A program made the translations under genes and the position numbers. A stretch of 64,000 nucleotides of DNA from Dicyema japonicum (Eukaryota > Animalia > Dicyemida), in the NCBI GenBank assembly GCA_011109175.1, contig RDEW01000004.1:458030-522029 (forward strand), in the 5' to 3' direction. Within the stretch, counting starts at the first letter, position 1. The number at the start of each line of letters is the position of its first letter. Positions 37,960-52,560 of the stretch are shown here, in pieces. The notes below the pieces were generated by a model. That model saw nothing but the letters and a program-made list of their open reading frames with translations, did no database searches and was not told the DNA's origin.

Positions 37960-38250
37960 ATCACTATATAAGAGATCTTGTACGAGTTCACTGAGTCTTG
38001 AAATTGTTGATATACGTTAGAGGCTATTTGGATATATCTTGCGAATGTACTTGGTGCTCCAGCCAACATGGCAATGGAAGATTACTTCAGGAGACAGGGA
38101 CCGTCTTTCCGTGGACGCCGGCGTATTACACTTCCAGAAACACTTGATGGAGACCTAAAGCTTGTGAACAAAAGTCTAAGAAGTGGAGACGATCTGGATA
38201 GTTGAGTAAACTCTCTACGATCGAGGAGGTTGGTTCGGAAAATTGTTTCG
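37960..38250 (+). mobile_element. RTE 3' end relic
   Basis: LFGYILR..ANMAMEDYF..FRGRRRITLP..SGDDLD. Confidence 0.7.
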
Positions 38251-38384
38251 AATGTGATATATTGTTTATAGTACTTTAGCTTGATTTAAGATTTCTTTTT
38301 CTGTTACTCCTCTTCTATTTTTCTAATATAAGAAAGTCAGTGGTCATCAAAAGTAATTGACACAAGCTGACACTACAATTTATT

Positions 38385-38430
38385 ATTTTATTTAACGACC
38401 CAAGACCACGGTAAAACCAAAGTAATTATC
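38385..38430 (-). repeat. Short repeat family D (probable retroposon 3' end)
   Basis: ccaagaccacggta.aac.aa..taattatc also at ~50565 and, diverged, at ~44670. Confidence 0.5.
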
Positions 38431-38569
38431 GCGTGATCACGATGCAATCCAACAGTCTTTGCCCGGCGTTCCTCCCTCGTACCATTGCATGATCGTACGG
38501 AATTTATAAAAAATTGCCTAACAAGAATTTAAAAAATTAAAAAGAAATCTTATTTGAATTGTTAATAAA

Positions 38570-41500
38570 CTAAAAATAATTTTCTTTAATAGTATAAGTA
38601 TCCTCAACATACTGTCCTCCACACTCACATTCACTAGCGCATTCTTCATGCACAACATGACCACATCTAAACACGTTGATTTTATAATCCCCGTCATCTG
38701 TAATCCTCAGATTACACACATTGCAGCTATTAGTCTTCACAACCACAGGTTTCTTACTCTTCATTGACGAGGCCCACATCAGGCCACTCAAATTTGAATG
38801 CATTAACCCACTGTAAAATCTCATTGTTTTCTACAGCATTACCCACCACCAACCTCCTCATAGTTATACAGAGACAACAAATCCCCCAAAAGCAGTCTCA
38901 GGTTCCTCATCTCCGCCTGTCCACCATCCTCAGCCAAAAACCGCCTGAAAATACTGATGAGAGACACACACGACGACAGCGACTTCAAAACGACATTGAA
39001 ACAGAAAATAGCATCTAAGTAACCCCAATCCCTACATTTGAGGCCATCCTCTGACATGAAATCCCCTTCTGAAAGGTGTAGATATACTTAAAGAGACTGA
39101 ACCACAGTTTCTGAGATTAACAAATCCCTCACCTCCTTTCTGCTTTCTTCAATAAATCTATTCCTAGACAAATAGCTCAACAAAACATTGAGTGAGTTTG
39201 GGATTACATAACTTCCACTCTCTATGTATTACTCAATCCTCACTGTATATGACCCTTCGTTCACACGTGCTATCTCTCAGCTTTTGGAAAAGATCCTCCA
39301 TGTCATTCATCATAACCTACCAATGTAAATGAAACATGGACCTGCTCCAGCACATCATATCCCTTCTCAATGGAGCCTATCTTCTCATGGAGGAAAGCCT
39401 CAGCCTCGTAAATGCGGTATTTTTTTGTGAGCTAAAATAATTCAATCAAATACAGCGAAAATAGCCTCAAAATGATACAACGTAGCCCTCCCATAACGCA
39501 AATGGTCGATCACATCATTGGGTCGATGCTTACACAACAGTTCAAAGTACATCTCGGCAAGCTCACTACTCAGTTCAAACTTGTTAGTCCACATAACTAG
39601 ACCAGAGGTAAGAGCCTCCCGTTCCCTATCATTCCCCCACCAACCAACCTAATCGTACACAAACAGTCAAAGAATGCCAGCAAAGTGTGATCGTCTTCCC
39701 CAATCAACTCCGCAATAGTGTCACACGACAAGTCCAAGTCAAACAGTGACAATTCAGTACAAGTCATAGCTGATATAGAGAACAAAGTCTGTACTCACGA
39801 AACATACATACACGAATATTCTCCAATATTTGCTCCCTTATTAGCCGTTTCTCCTCCATTGGAATATCCTCGCAACTCAATGCCTCAGTGATCCACACAA
39901 ACACGTGTCCCTAATATAAGATTGGGGTCAACCCTTCTAAGGTCGTCCAGTAGGTAGCAGAGAAATATCCTCGAGTAGTTTTTAAGTCGTAGAAGAATCA
40001 CTTCACAGATTTCATAGCTAAATAAACAACACTTTTACAATTTGGCCCCCCAACAGCGCTCAAGCAGTACTTTGTCGTTGAAATAGGCGTATTCGTTAGA
40101 TTCTATGAGGTTCAGGAGAGCTTGTTGTCGTCCGTAGTGCTGACCATCCTCAAATTTTTCAACTGTGAGGAATTCAAGGACTTAAGGATTAAATCCAAGT
40201 CTTATTTGGTCAAGAAGGGATCTGCTGATAAAGAGGGAACCAGGACTCTTAGCCAATTGTTGGGCCACGAAGGTAAAGAGAACGGATAAATCAGAAGGCT
40301 AAATAAACACAAATAAAAACCGAATAATTCAGGTCCATTTCAATCATAATACTGAACAGAATGTCGATTATTATTTGTCTTTTACTTATCCTTAGCATTA
40401 AACACAACAAAACCCCTCTGAATTTCTAAAGTCTTCATCATCAAAGACCTGCATGTTAGTTTTAATAAATACAATGGAAAGGACGTTGAAGAACGCTTGA
40501 ATGTCGTATTTAATCAAAATTCGAATATTTGGGTACAAGACCTTCTCATTTAACCCCCAAACTAATAGTAAGGTTAAGAACAAACTGGTTGGTTCAGAGT
40601 AGGCCTGATTGTCTTTTATTAGTATTAAATAACGAAAGATCTAATAATAAGCAAGCCCAACCTCATCCTTCACTCTCAAAGCCAAATCCCTCTCAATATA
40701 CCCACTAGGAAACTTCTTTCCAGTCAAACACGTGCTACATTGACAAATTCAAATAACCTAAAATAAAGCAACGTCTTATTTCCCACTGAAAGCAAACTCT
40801 CCTTAATATTATTCTCAGCCAAATTCCTATGAAGAATCCCCAACAGCAGCTTAGCGGGGGTAATATAGTCATTCAGGGCCTCGTTATATATGTAAATCAT
40901 GACAGAGTAGGCTTCATATTTCCACGCAAACTTCATCGCCTTCGATAGGTAACAGCAATAACCTTGTCAATATCAATGCTAATGATATTCAAGCTTATAA
41001 GGCACTCCTCCAATTCTCTCACCAGTCCCACCTCCGTGTAGTAATCCAAAAAATTCTGAGTAATTTCCACTGGAATCGTATCAATCTACAATAAAATAGC
41101 ACGTGACCTGTTTGTTTAATATATAATTATCTAGACAGTCCAAGTAAACCCTAAGAGACACCAAATCTGTAGAAAACAGAGAATAAATGGCTCCAAATAG
41201 CACAGATCTGAAGATAAACAGTCATAATTACATCGTATTAGTGGAAAGACAGCATGTTATGGCAAAAGGTACAATGTCGTAGTAAAACTCCTGCAGATGC
41301 GAAATATTCCCATAGGTGGGACAGGACTTGTACATTGACTTTATGCACTTAGTTATAACATCCCCAATCTATATAACACAGCAATTTTACCTCATTCGGG
41401 GAAAGTTTGTCTTCTTCTTTCCATGGACCGTCTCTGCCTTCATAATTGGCCACAGTGAGATATAGAGCTTCCCTGTGTTTATTCCCAGTCATTAGATTCT

Positions 41501-43174
41501 CAATACGCTTAGTCACGTGTCACTTAATACCTGCCTGACAGTGAATATTTCAACTTTGAACAATCCATTTCTTCCCAGACAGACAATCTCGTCATCCAGT
41601 ACAGAAAAAGAGTAATAGCAGGCCTGGTCGCAGCAATTTTCCTGTAATTACAATTGGGGGTACCAGAAGACATGACTGACTGTCGGAAGAGAACTTGAAA
41701 AAGCTCGATTGGTAGACAATGTCCCGCCCACGTGCATCGCATGTCTTTAAATGAGCATTAAATCCAACCGAAATTTCATTATGGATTTTATAATCCACAT
41801 GATGAAACACCTCCAAAGAGTCCAAAGTGAAAAGGGAGTATTCATTGACCACCTGAATAATTGAAGAAAAAAACCGCCAAAAAACAGACTGAATAATTAA
41901 ATTCAAATTGTCTTAAAATTTTAAAGTTGACGTTGTCCGTTCGTTTTTTATCACTGTCAGCCTCCACTGAGACGACATAGAAAGTTTGATTTTTTCCATG
42001 GAGGAGTAAAACTGGACTCTCCAAATCCTTCGGCACGATCCAGCGAGCAATCGCCAAATTTTTGCCTTCCTTCTGCTAATTAGCCATTTAGACGACCTCA
42101 AATGGAGTCATCATAATCTGTTTGTAGGTCTCGCTGAATCCCAGTACAGAGTTCTACCATTGCACAACGAAATACCCTATCTAATGCAGTTATGGCCACG
42201 AGGCAGTGTTTCTTTAAGTGACCAAAGTCGTGATCATGCAGAAATAGCGGTTCCACTGAGGATATTTCACCATTACTGCAATTATTCGCACAAAATTACA
42301 ATCCAGAGTGAAGACATTCAATTTTAGGTTTTGAGTTTGGAGTAATTCGACTAAAATATTCAAATCAACAAAAATAATATTTAAAGTAAAGCCACTAACG
42401 GGTAAATAATCTGAAACAGCGAGCCTTGACTATCCGTCATAAAAATGATCTTGGAATTGCTTGAGAACTATATAAAGTAAATAAGGGACCTTGACGGTCA
42501 CAACGCTCAGTTTAAGGGAGACGAAATCTTCGATTTTGACGATTACACGTTCCTTTTGTAGACTCCATACAGTTATCTAAAATATACTAGATTGCTCACG
42601 TAGCCCAGAAAGTGACCAGCTACGAGAAGTTCCTCTTGTGGATCAATGTCAATAGAGGTAATACAGCCAAATATCTGAGTGTTATCTCCACAGCCAAGAC
42701 AGCATCTGAGTTTATTCATCTCATCTTACAATATTTAGTAAAAAAAACCAAAGACAATCACATAACTATGGGAAGTCCCAATCGCAAAAAAATGCCGCGA
42801 TTTTATTATTGTTTCTAGGTTCCCCACATTAAAAAGTTTTTTATGTTGGTTTAAAATTTGCGAAAGTCCTCTAATGGGCGACAAAGTGAAAGTTTGGTCA
42901 GAAATTGTCTCCTTCACAATACACTGATGCCGAGAGAGACTACCCATACAGAAAGACTCAAAGTCAAAGGAATGAGAGTCAGTGATTGTAAGGGAATCGT
43001 TCTCGAATATATCCGCTTTTTCGTCATCGAGGTTCTACAATGAAGATAAATGAGAACATTGAGGACTTGGTCTATTGAAGGCTGGACTGAATGAGGAATG
43101 TCAAAGTCTTCGTCGTCAAGCTTTAAATCTCATTATATTGACAATACAAATTGAATGCTATTTATTTCATCCAT
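38570..43174 (-). CDS. VPS8: CORVET subunit VPS8, spliced
   Basis: DEDFDIPHSVQPSIDQVLN; AIGTSHS (WD region); YSVMIYIYNEALNDYITP..GNKTLLY; C-terminal RING-H2-like CNVC..FRCGHVVHEEC. Confidence 0.9.
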
Positions 43175-44842
43175 ATAACACACTTGACTATGGTTTTACT
43201 TGACTATAAAAATAATATTTTTGAATATAATTGTTTATTATTAAATCATTAATTTATTGATTAAAATCAATAAAATATATAATAATTAATTTTACTCTGC
43301 TAAGTTGGTTTGGTGAGCCGTCTTTAACCTCCGGAATGAAAATACTTGAACTCAGTGACAGAGGCACATAAAGAAGATACAAGAGATTTTACTTTAGGGA
43401 GTTTCTTCACTGTTCAATCTTTAGCGAAACATAAGAGGCATGTCGATATTTAATGTTCTTTGCTCCTAAATCTCGGACATCTTGTTTGCTGCAAATTAAC
43501 GCGAAGGAGTGCCAAATTTGTCATGCCTTTCATGCTTTGGAAATTCTGTGCCATGCTAATGACTATCTCTGGTGCCGCTGCTGATATGTGGAGGGAACAT
43601 TCTAATCAAAACACTGAAAACTTTTCTGAACCCAACTCACTTGTTGTTGGCATTTCCTTAAGAAGTGAAGCGGAAATCCGCTCTAATTGTAATCTCATTA
43701 TGTTCCCACCAATCCTCAATGCCACAATGGTAAAGTAGGATCTCCGCACTGGTTTCAATAGCATTCGCAGAATTATTGACAAACAGTTCTTTTCAGAATC
43801 CTAAAAATCAACAGAATGATAAACCTCTCAGATGGTTCACCCTGCATAGGGATCTCCGACAAAACACTCAAATTCATGACTAGTACAACAATGCGGTTCC
43901 CTACTCTTCCGTCTCGGGTACAACTTTACGGTCTCATTGATTAGAAACAATTGAAATTAATTATTAATGTTGAAAAGTAGAGGTTAACGAGAGAAAAACC
44001 AAAATTTTTAATTTTTTAATTTAATATTTAGCCTACATAGAGTTACTATTTAGGAATGGTTGTCGCCAAACATTGACTGTTCGATACTGCAAGCAAACTG
44101 TCTAGAGAAATCACTGTCTTTTTCTTAGAAACCAAAAAATTATTCCCACTAGTACTACGTCAAATTTTTTATGTTTCTGTCACCACATAAACTCAGCGAA
44201 ATAGCTGTTTTAGAGATGTGACGTCTGAGCGTTCCCATTCCCCTTTGTTCCGCAATTTAGCATAATCCCACATTCTGTAATAATTCTATGAATTAGAACC
44301 TTTCTATGTAATTCGTATGGGAATCAGTGCTAGCGTAAATAAGTTATAACGATGATTGAAGGTCATACGAAACCTATATCTTGGAGCTATTAGTCGAATC
44401 TCTTCGCTAATATTCCTACATAGGTGCTTAACCAACTACCAAATTGTTACATCCACGAAAGGAGACGAAGAGTTACACCCACAATAAAGAGATGTAGACA
44501 TTTATGCATGAATATTGTCACTCAATTTCTTCATCAATATTGTTTATTTATCTGATTTGATGTAGTTGAGTTTCTTTTTGTATGAAGTAAAGGCTAAAAT
44601 CCCAGGACGCGCATGCCTACTCGACCGTTGGGTTATAGAGTTGCTGTATAAAATTTCAATTAATAATAATAACACCAGAGACCACAGTTACACAAACTAA
44701 TTAATCACATGATCCCAGCAATTAAATAACTTTGGTGGTCTTTTAAAACATTTTTAAATTAAAAAGGTAATTTTAAATTTTACAAAAATCACACAAAAAA
44801 TAATAAAAAATATTATTTTTAACGTCATAGTGATTCTATAAA

Positions 44843-47800
44843 ATGCTAGATCCTCACTCTGTGGTAAAATTGTGCCTAATATATACAGAGTACTCTAAAC
44901 TACTATTTTCGGAACAATTTGTACGGTCATATCGAAAACTACAATAAAGATAATAATTTCTTTGTGAACTTCGCCAAAATCATGGCCAAATTGTTGGAAA
45001 GTATTCTATTTAACAACGTCAAGTCGAAAAATTCCCTCGAGAAATAATGGCCGAATTGGAAGCCAAGAAACGAAAATACCCGCTTCCTTGCATTCTGGCC
45101 TTACTTGCGTGCCACCAAAAAGCAAATTTTATCGGTTTTAAATCTAACATATTCTAGACAAATCCGCCATCGATTCCTTAGAGAGGGAAAAAGCTCAAAT
45201 TGAGAAAACCTCTACTTTCATCGTCAGTGGGTCATTTTAGTGCAGGCTTTATTTATTGCTGGTTTCTTTCATCTTCATTATGATCGAAATACGTCGGTTG
45301 CCATGGGGTATGCAGAAAAATGCATTTTGTTGGACAAATCCTCGACATTGGCTTATTCTCTGAAAGGTTGGGTCTCTCAAAATCATCAGGAAATCGAGGA
45401 CTGCTTCGAAATGGCCTTAAAGTACTATAATTTTTAATCAGAATGGACGCCTCTTCGTGTGACGCAGTGATTGGCAGATCTCTGAGTCTCCAAAGAAGCG
45501 GGAAGGCAGACAAAGCATTGGACCTTTGTAATGAATTCATTCTTACCAACTATTCTGATTATCCAATTGTCAATGAACAGCTAATTGAGTGCTATTTAGC
45601 ACGTGGATTGTGGGAAGATGGCGTAGAACTTGCTAAAAAGTATTTTATGTAATTGATTTTAAAAATTTATACTAAATTTTTAAATTTAAATAATCTTTCA
45701 TTTTATGTATTTTTATTTTTTAAACATGATTTTTATATTAATTTATATTTGCTTAATTCTGGCGCTAATGATTTTTGTATATGTGGCATTTTTAAGGATC
45801 GTTAAAAACGTCGACCGATACTCGATTGTTGCCAACTTAACAGTAGTCGTCCATCATATCTGCAATCGGCCATTATGTGAAGTTTATATGATACAACTTA
45901 TTTTAAGATTGAAATCGCGCTAGAAGGACTAAAAGAAGCTATTGAACATTGGGAGGCCGGAAATGGAGTACTCATTGCCAGAATATGTTCGCTTATTCGT
46001 AAATTGGCGTGTGGAGATTTTTATATTACACAATATATGCGAAAAATGTTAGAGAAAACATTAAGTTCAAACTATCAGTCACAGCCGTGTCTGCTTGAAC
46101 TGGCCTATGCCTTTTTGACTATCAGAGACTATTCTGAGGCATTCAAACTATTTGAAAGAATTTCCAACAGCGAGGATCCACATGCCTATATTGGTCACAT
46201 TTAGTCCATATTTAGGCTTTTTGGAGACTAAAATTGCATTGGGAAGGACTGATGACTGCTCCACTCAAATTCAGCTTTTGGCGGAAATTCACAGAGATTC
46301 ACCTTATATAATAGCAGTTTGGACTATTTCTATTTTAGAAAATTTTATTTTTGCGCGCCAAATTGAACCTTGGCTTTGACAAAACACAGGACGTTCCTAA
46401 TCTTCTATCCCAAGCCTTATCCCTTCACATGGAAACTACTTTTTCTCCATCAAACGTCTCCCAATTGGAACCGACCTTTATAATTGCAGTATCGTCGCTA
46501 CTATATCCTTACATTTACGTGGAGGTTTATTCATTCGCTCAGTTTAGAGTCAAAAACTGAACCCAGATTTGAATTTTACTATTATCTGCAGAAATGCCCT
46601 GTCGGAAGTCAACCGACTGCTTCCTGCAAACAGTCGTGCTAGTTTTTTCCTGGCCAATCTGTCACTGTTGACGGAAGATTTTATAAAAGCTCGGGAAATT
46701 TTAGAAAGAGCGGCAAATATCAACCAAAATAATCCCGAAATTAATTTACTTCAAGCCATTCTAGAAATTGAAGAGGGAAATGTGTCGGCAGCCGAGAATA
46801 TTTTGGAGATGGCGGTGGCTCACAGCTTTGACGTATAGACATATTCAAGTTTGTTAGGTCAGACAGAATTACCTGTACAGTCGAGTAATGGCACGTGTGT
46901 GCCTAGTCAAAAACGACTATTTTTTGGCACTCAAATACGCCCGTTTGGGAGTAAGTCAACTTGCGGGAGACAAAACGTGCAGCTGGCTTGAGAAAGTTCT
47001 ATCATTGGAGGTTTTGGTAAAAGTTCTGATTGCCGCTGGGCAGACTGTTTGGGTTGTTGCTAATACTAAGGCTGAATGTGAGGAAATTCTTGAAAATGCA
47101 ATAAAAGAAGGAAATTTGCTTCCTCTATTTCACATTTTGGGAGCAGAGGCAGCCGTGGAAATGAAGGGAGATGTTTCACATGGACTAGTATTGTTAGACC
47201 GCGTGAATGTGTCTGATTCATTCTATTTACGTGCTGTCAAAGCAACCGCTAATATTTACTTGAAATACAAAAATAATCAAAAGCTGTATATTGCCTGCTT
47301 TCGGTAGTTGTGTCACTATACAGTTAGCAAATTATACGAAGCTTTCCCCTCCCCCACTACGATTATGCTGTGTGGGGATGCGTATATGAACATCACCGAG
47401 GTTATTGATTGCGTAATGGTAGCCTGATAAAGCTCTCTCTGTGTTCAAAGAGGGAATGAAAGAGTACCCGAACAATGTCAAGCTGTGCCTTAAACTGGGG
47501 TGGGTCTTAACCTCATCCCACCAATATGGAAAGGTTTAGTCTATTGTGACTCTAGGCTATCTCCTACTACGAGACAGCCCTCAAACTTCAACCAACCAAC
47601 GAAATCAGACTAAAGTTGATTGAAATTCTCAAGAATATTAAACTCTATGACAAATGCATCAGAATTATCGAAAATGGGCTACAAAGTGGGAATATTTGAG
47701 GCAAATAGACACCAAAGCTCTCTCTGACTCTGTTAAGTTGATGATTGTCCAGGCTGACGTTTACGAGAAGATGGAAATGCAGGAGACCGCCATAGAACTG

Positions 47801-49301
47801 CTAGTAAAAGCAGAAAGGCTGCAGAACGAGTAAATATGGCTGTAATTTTAGTATTCTGAGACAGACCGAACGACAGCAGCCAGATTTGCTAGCACGTGAG
47901 CGACGAGTGATGGCTAAGTAGATTTCCCTGTAACTTCAGTCTGATTGTCAAGTTGGGGTCTCTTTACTGGGAAAAGAGAGAGGTCGATTCAGCCATGGTT
48001 CAGTTTTCGAAGGCCAGGACTTTAAATGACCCCAAAGCCCTCTTAAAGTTCGCCTGGGCGTCGAGGATGACTGGTAACTATGGTGATGCGAGGGAGATTT
48101 GCCATTTAGTTACAAAAGACCACCAAAAATATCAAATTGAGGCAAAAAAAGTTAAAAGCGGTATAAAGTAGATTTCAATCCACGTGGACATTGACTGTGG
48201 ATTGTACGAGTCCCCCATTAAAGAACTCACTGAGATGGTCTCTTCTAGGGATTCTATTTTGGCTGGAAATTCGGAACAAATCGTTCTTTTGGTGGAGGTT
48301 CTCCGCCTTTCTGGAAACCTTGAGAAGGTCGAACCACTTCTCCAGACTCTCCAAAAGGTAGCCTCCCCCGCCACTCTCTCATTCTGTCAGGCCTTGTTCT
48401 TAAAGTTTTCCATTTATGAAAGTTCGAAGATATTCTGGACAGAAAGAATCTGCCTTAGCATACTTCAATCAGGCAAGGACAGAGAAACCACTGGAATCTC
48501 CCGCTCTTTTCCATATGGCGGATATTTGCTACCAATTTGGTTCAGTCGATGAGTAAAGGGGTGGCTATTATTAAAGTGAGTCTGCTACCCAACGTATGAG
48601 TACGGCTAGAAGGATTTTGGATTGCTTTCGACATCAGGAGGACCGCACAGTGGAGCAAACTGCAGTCGAGACATTTTCAATTATTTTGGATGGGAAAGCC
48701 CGCTCCTCTTTAAATGAATTGGCCGTCAAATTGGGAGTTACGCTGGTTTTGTGATGTTAGAATGATTCGTCTGTCGTTTCTTGCTATCTGCTCGGACTTT
48801 TGTACAGAAAGACTGGACAGGACTCCAAGGCAAAGTCTGTACTGAAAAGGCTGGTCAGTACTCCCTGGAATTTCGAGAACCGTGAATGGTTGGAACGAGG
48901 ATGGCTTCTCCTTGGTTCACTATTAGCTAGCAAACCAAAGGAGAGTCTACTTCTGGCTCAAAGGTGTCTAAAACACAACAAAGTTGCTTCGGGTACAATT
49001 TAGTCTTCTATTGGGGCCTATGAACTGCTGGCTAGCTCGCAGCGTGCTCTGGGATGTTATGAGGAGGAGATCAAAGCTTATGAGGAAGCCTGGAAAGCAT
49101 CGTTTTACTGCAATAAATCAATTGGTGTGGTTTTGGCGGCATTTTAGGGTTAAAACTGGCGACAGTATATTTGAGGAATAAAGATAGTGTAAAGGCCATT
49201 TTGGTTTGCCACAAAGTTGTCAGATTATTGTAGTTTAGGTGGATTCTCCTCAGTTGTGCTATAAAATCCTTCACAAGGCGAGGGATTTGCTTAGAACTTG
49301 A
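44843..49301 (+). CDS. TTC21B: IFT-A subunit IFT139 / TTC21, spliced
   Basis: STLNYYF..; CILALLACH; ALFIAG; TPR arrays; ERGWLLLG..AQRCLKHNK; terminus GFKLATVYL..CHKV..ILHKARDLLRT*. Confidence 0.9.
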
Positions 49302-49554
49302 TGTTTTAGTTTTTAAAATCATTTTTGTTTTGGATTTTGTACATTATTAACATAAGCATTGATTATTGTATTGGAAGTGTTTGGAGATTGTGCATAGAGA
49401 GAACACTGAGAAACGGATCTTGACAATCAGTAAGTCTTCCTTCTATACCATTTCACATTCAAATTGACAATCGTTCCATTCAAAATTAGAATTAAATAAA
49501 TATTATTCATATTTTTTAAAGTTTTAATAATTTTTGTATTATTGCTTAAAATTT

Positions 49555-50035
49555 ATTGAGATATTATATGTATGGTTTCAACGAACTATTGAAACTGGAT
49601 TCGTTCCATAGAAGGCAACTAAGAAGCTTACTCGGAATGGAGTGGCCACGTAGAATATCAACCACTGGTATCTACAACAAGTGTATGTGTTCTTACATCA
49701 GCAAAGATGTAATAGATGCCCGGTGGAGGCTACTTGGGCATGTACTAAGAATGAACCCGGACGCACCCGCTAACAAAGCGATGGAAGATTACGCTGACAG
49801 TTGCGAAAAACCCTTCCGCGGACGACCTAGATCGACACTTCCGACTGCCTTAAACAAAGACTTAATCGTGTGAGAAAAAATCTAAAGACGGGAGACGACC
49901 TGGACGAATTAAGATCACTCGCATTCGACAGAGGAAAATGGAAAAGACTAACTATAAATATTGTTTCTTTGAGTGTTGCACATGCAGGGCTATAATCATT
50001 ATGGCTTTCGTGAAAGTGCCTTAATAATAATACTC
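49555..50035 (+). mobile_element. RTE 3' end with 3' UTR and (TAA)n tail
   Basis: KLDSFHRRQLR..RWRLLGHVLR..RGRPRSTLP; ends AHAGL* plus UTR as at 5615-5670. Confidence 0.85.
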
Positions 50036-50149
50036 CTATGGTTAGGTCACAAAAAATCAACAAAAAAGGAGATATTAATTCTGGAATTATCGACATGTTC
50101 ATAATGGATGGTGATTGGAATACACTTGAAGCAAATCCTTCAATCGACT

Positions 50150-50430
50150 GCTTACCGGTGAATTAAGCAAAGGAAACCAGCCAGACAAAATGGGTGGCGC
50201 TAAAGACACAAAAATACGGGCTTTTGATAATAATTTTTGCAATAATAAAAATCTTTTCAACTGATATTCAAATATTCGCTTTGCCTAGTTTTCCTCGACA
50301 TAAATTTTCTACACTTTTTGAAAAGCATCGGGGGAAGAAAGATGATGTACGATACCCTCAAACAAATCTTTTACTGTTCAACTTATGCAAGGGAATGTAA
50401 AATTTGACAAAGCCTTAGTGACCTCCAAGA
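50150..50430 (+). mobile_element. Integrase HHCC relic
   Basis: KHRGRKMMYDTLKQIFY..ECKI. Confidence 0.45.
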
Positions 50431-50949
50431 GTCGGTAGATGGAAAAAATCAAATATTTTACAGTGGCACCTGTGAGATAATAAAAATGCTACTCCTATTA
50501 GTTTGAGATACTTATTAGACGAATGACTCAATAAACAACTGTTTTGCATGTGCCTCATAATAACATCCAAGACCACGGTATAACTAAGCTAATTATCATA
50601 TGCGTTCCACTAGAGACCTCATCTTTGCCTTTTCTAGAGACCCGTCTTTTAAATCTGCACATAAACCAAAGTTTCAAGCATAAGGAGTAGTTGGTAGAAT
50701 AGATGGAAGTAGTAGAGTCTAAATGTATTTTATCGAAAAATCAGATTTCTCGCTGGTTTTCTGAACCATAACTCTAATCTTTTACAATAAATAATTTCGT
50801 TTATTTTTCCATACTGCAATTTTCTGGTTACTTATAACAATGCTGCCAGTTTTAAGGCATCTCCGTCGTATTTCCATTGACGAATTTCTACCATTCTTTC
50901 TGCTGCCAGCAAAAATGCTTTTATTTAATCTACAATATCAATAATAGGC

Positions 50950-51290
50950 TTTAAACAATCCGTTTGTCATACAACTGAGTTTTTTACAGGAATATTCTTT
51001 CTAAATGTGTATGCACTAAATCGAGGCATGGAATAAAGTTGGCGAAGGATCGATTTTCAAATTGTCCCGGTGCTGATAAAAGAAGGCCTGTGATGATAGG
51101 AAGATACAAAAATTTTTCAAAAATTTTAATATTGGAAATTATGTTACCTACACATCTTCTAACAACGCATGAATGAACTTTAAAATTTTTAACAAATGGT
51201 CGAGTAATTTTGAATGGTAACTTGAAAGAAAAATTTTACTTGTAATTGATCATGTCCTTCTCATCAGATTATAGTCACGTTGAAGGTTAT
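50950..51290 (+). mobile_element. Possible pogo/Tigger DDE relic
   Basis: IEAWNKV and KILLVID fragments, in rearranged order. Confidence 0.3.
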
Positions 51291-52404
51291 TGAAATTCTT
51301 TTTGGATCAAATGATGAAGAATATAATGAAAACAAGTTGAGCTTTCAGAAGCCTTCAGAGCTCTGGAGATTATAGAGACTTAGGCTTCTCAGATTAAAAA
51401 TGAAGATATTGATGATCATATGGGAGTTGGAGAAATGCTAAAAATCAAATAAAAATATGATTTTTTTCAAACATAAATAATTTTTTTTTGTTTATTAAAA
51501 AAAATTCAATTTAGATTTTGAGGTTTAACTAGAATAGATTAAATTGCCTCTCGGATCCGAGATGTTTTACTGTATGTTTCTTCATTTATTGATTTTTCTT
51601 CAAAATTATTGATTTTATTTTTTTTAATTTAGCCACAAAATTCTAATGAACCAAAATGACAATTTTTGGGGTCGTGCTCCAAAAAATAAAAATTTGACTT
51701 AATAAAAACTAAATTCATGTAAGTTTTGAATAATTTCAAAGACCATGTGATATTTTGACTTTAGTGAAATCTCCCTATAAATGACTAGTCCGCCAGTCAC
51801 GGTGACATTCTATCTCCAACAATAAATATTAATGAGAATGCTCATGCTACCAGTACAGCATTGAGAGTGTAGAAACCATCATTGACTCTTAATTTATCCC
51901 CTCAGTAGACATGTATAAACTTATTTTTAGGGAGAATCATTTATTTTAGAGTTTTACCCCCACAATTATGTCGTTAATGCTCCAGTATTGGGATCTATTG
52001 AACGACAATCATGCCCTGTGGCAAATCGCAGGATGTTGTGTTTCGACTCACTGGGCTGGAAGGTTAGGAGATAGTCTCAACGACGTTCTTCAAATCCATT
52101 AGTCATTTAAGTTTCCTAAAGGCATCCGTTAGCGATTTAAAATTATCTGTCTTTGCACTGTTTATTTCTTCCTGACTTTGTCTTCTCACGTTGATGGGGT
52201 TAATCTTCGTTGCAAGTAGTTTCTTGTGTCATACTGACATATTTTATAAGAGCCACGTTATTTGATCAACGAATAAACTTTAATTTTTGATCGTCATTAC
52301 TGATTTCAGCATCCTCCAGTAGCATGTCCTCCATCGAATTTTCTTATATGAGTCATTCCTATACAGTAACCAAGGGAAAAACTCAGCTATGTAGACATTC
52401 ACTC

Positions 52405-52560
52405 AGGCTATGTGGCTACTTGATTGGAGATTTTTTGTTTATTTCTTCCGTTTCTCCTCTTCCCTTTTCCTTTTACTCTCCCTCTCCACTGGAGGGGTTC
52501 TCAGAACTACAAAGAATGAACGTCTTCACCTAGCTCTCCTTGAATTTTCATTGATAACTT
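52405..52560 (+). repeat. Family B repeat, deleted and diverged
   Basis: atgtggctacttgattgg..ctccactggaggggttctcagaactacaaagaatgaacgtc. Confidence 0.6.

Noticed and set aside
45705-45923. Hydrophobic 72-aa ORF and many other 60-100 aa ORFs in the track
   Set aside because: They run through AT-rich introns, antisense strands of real genes or TE relics
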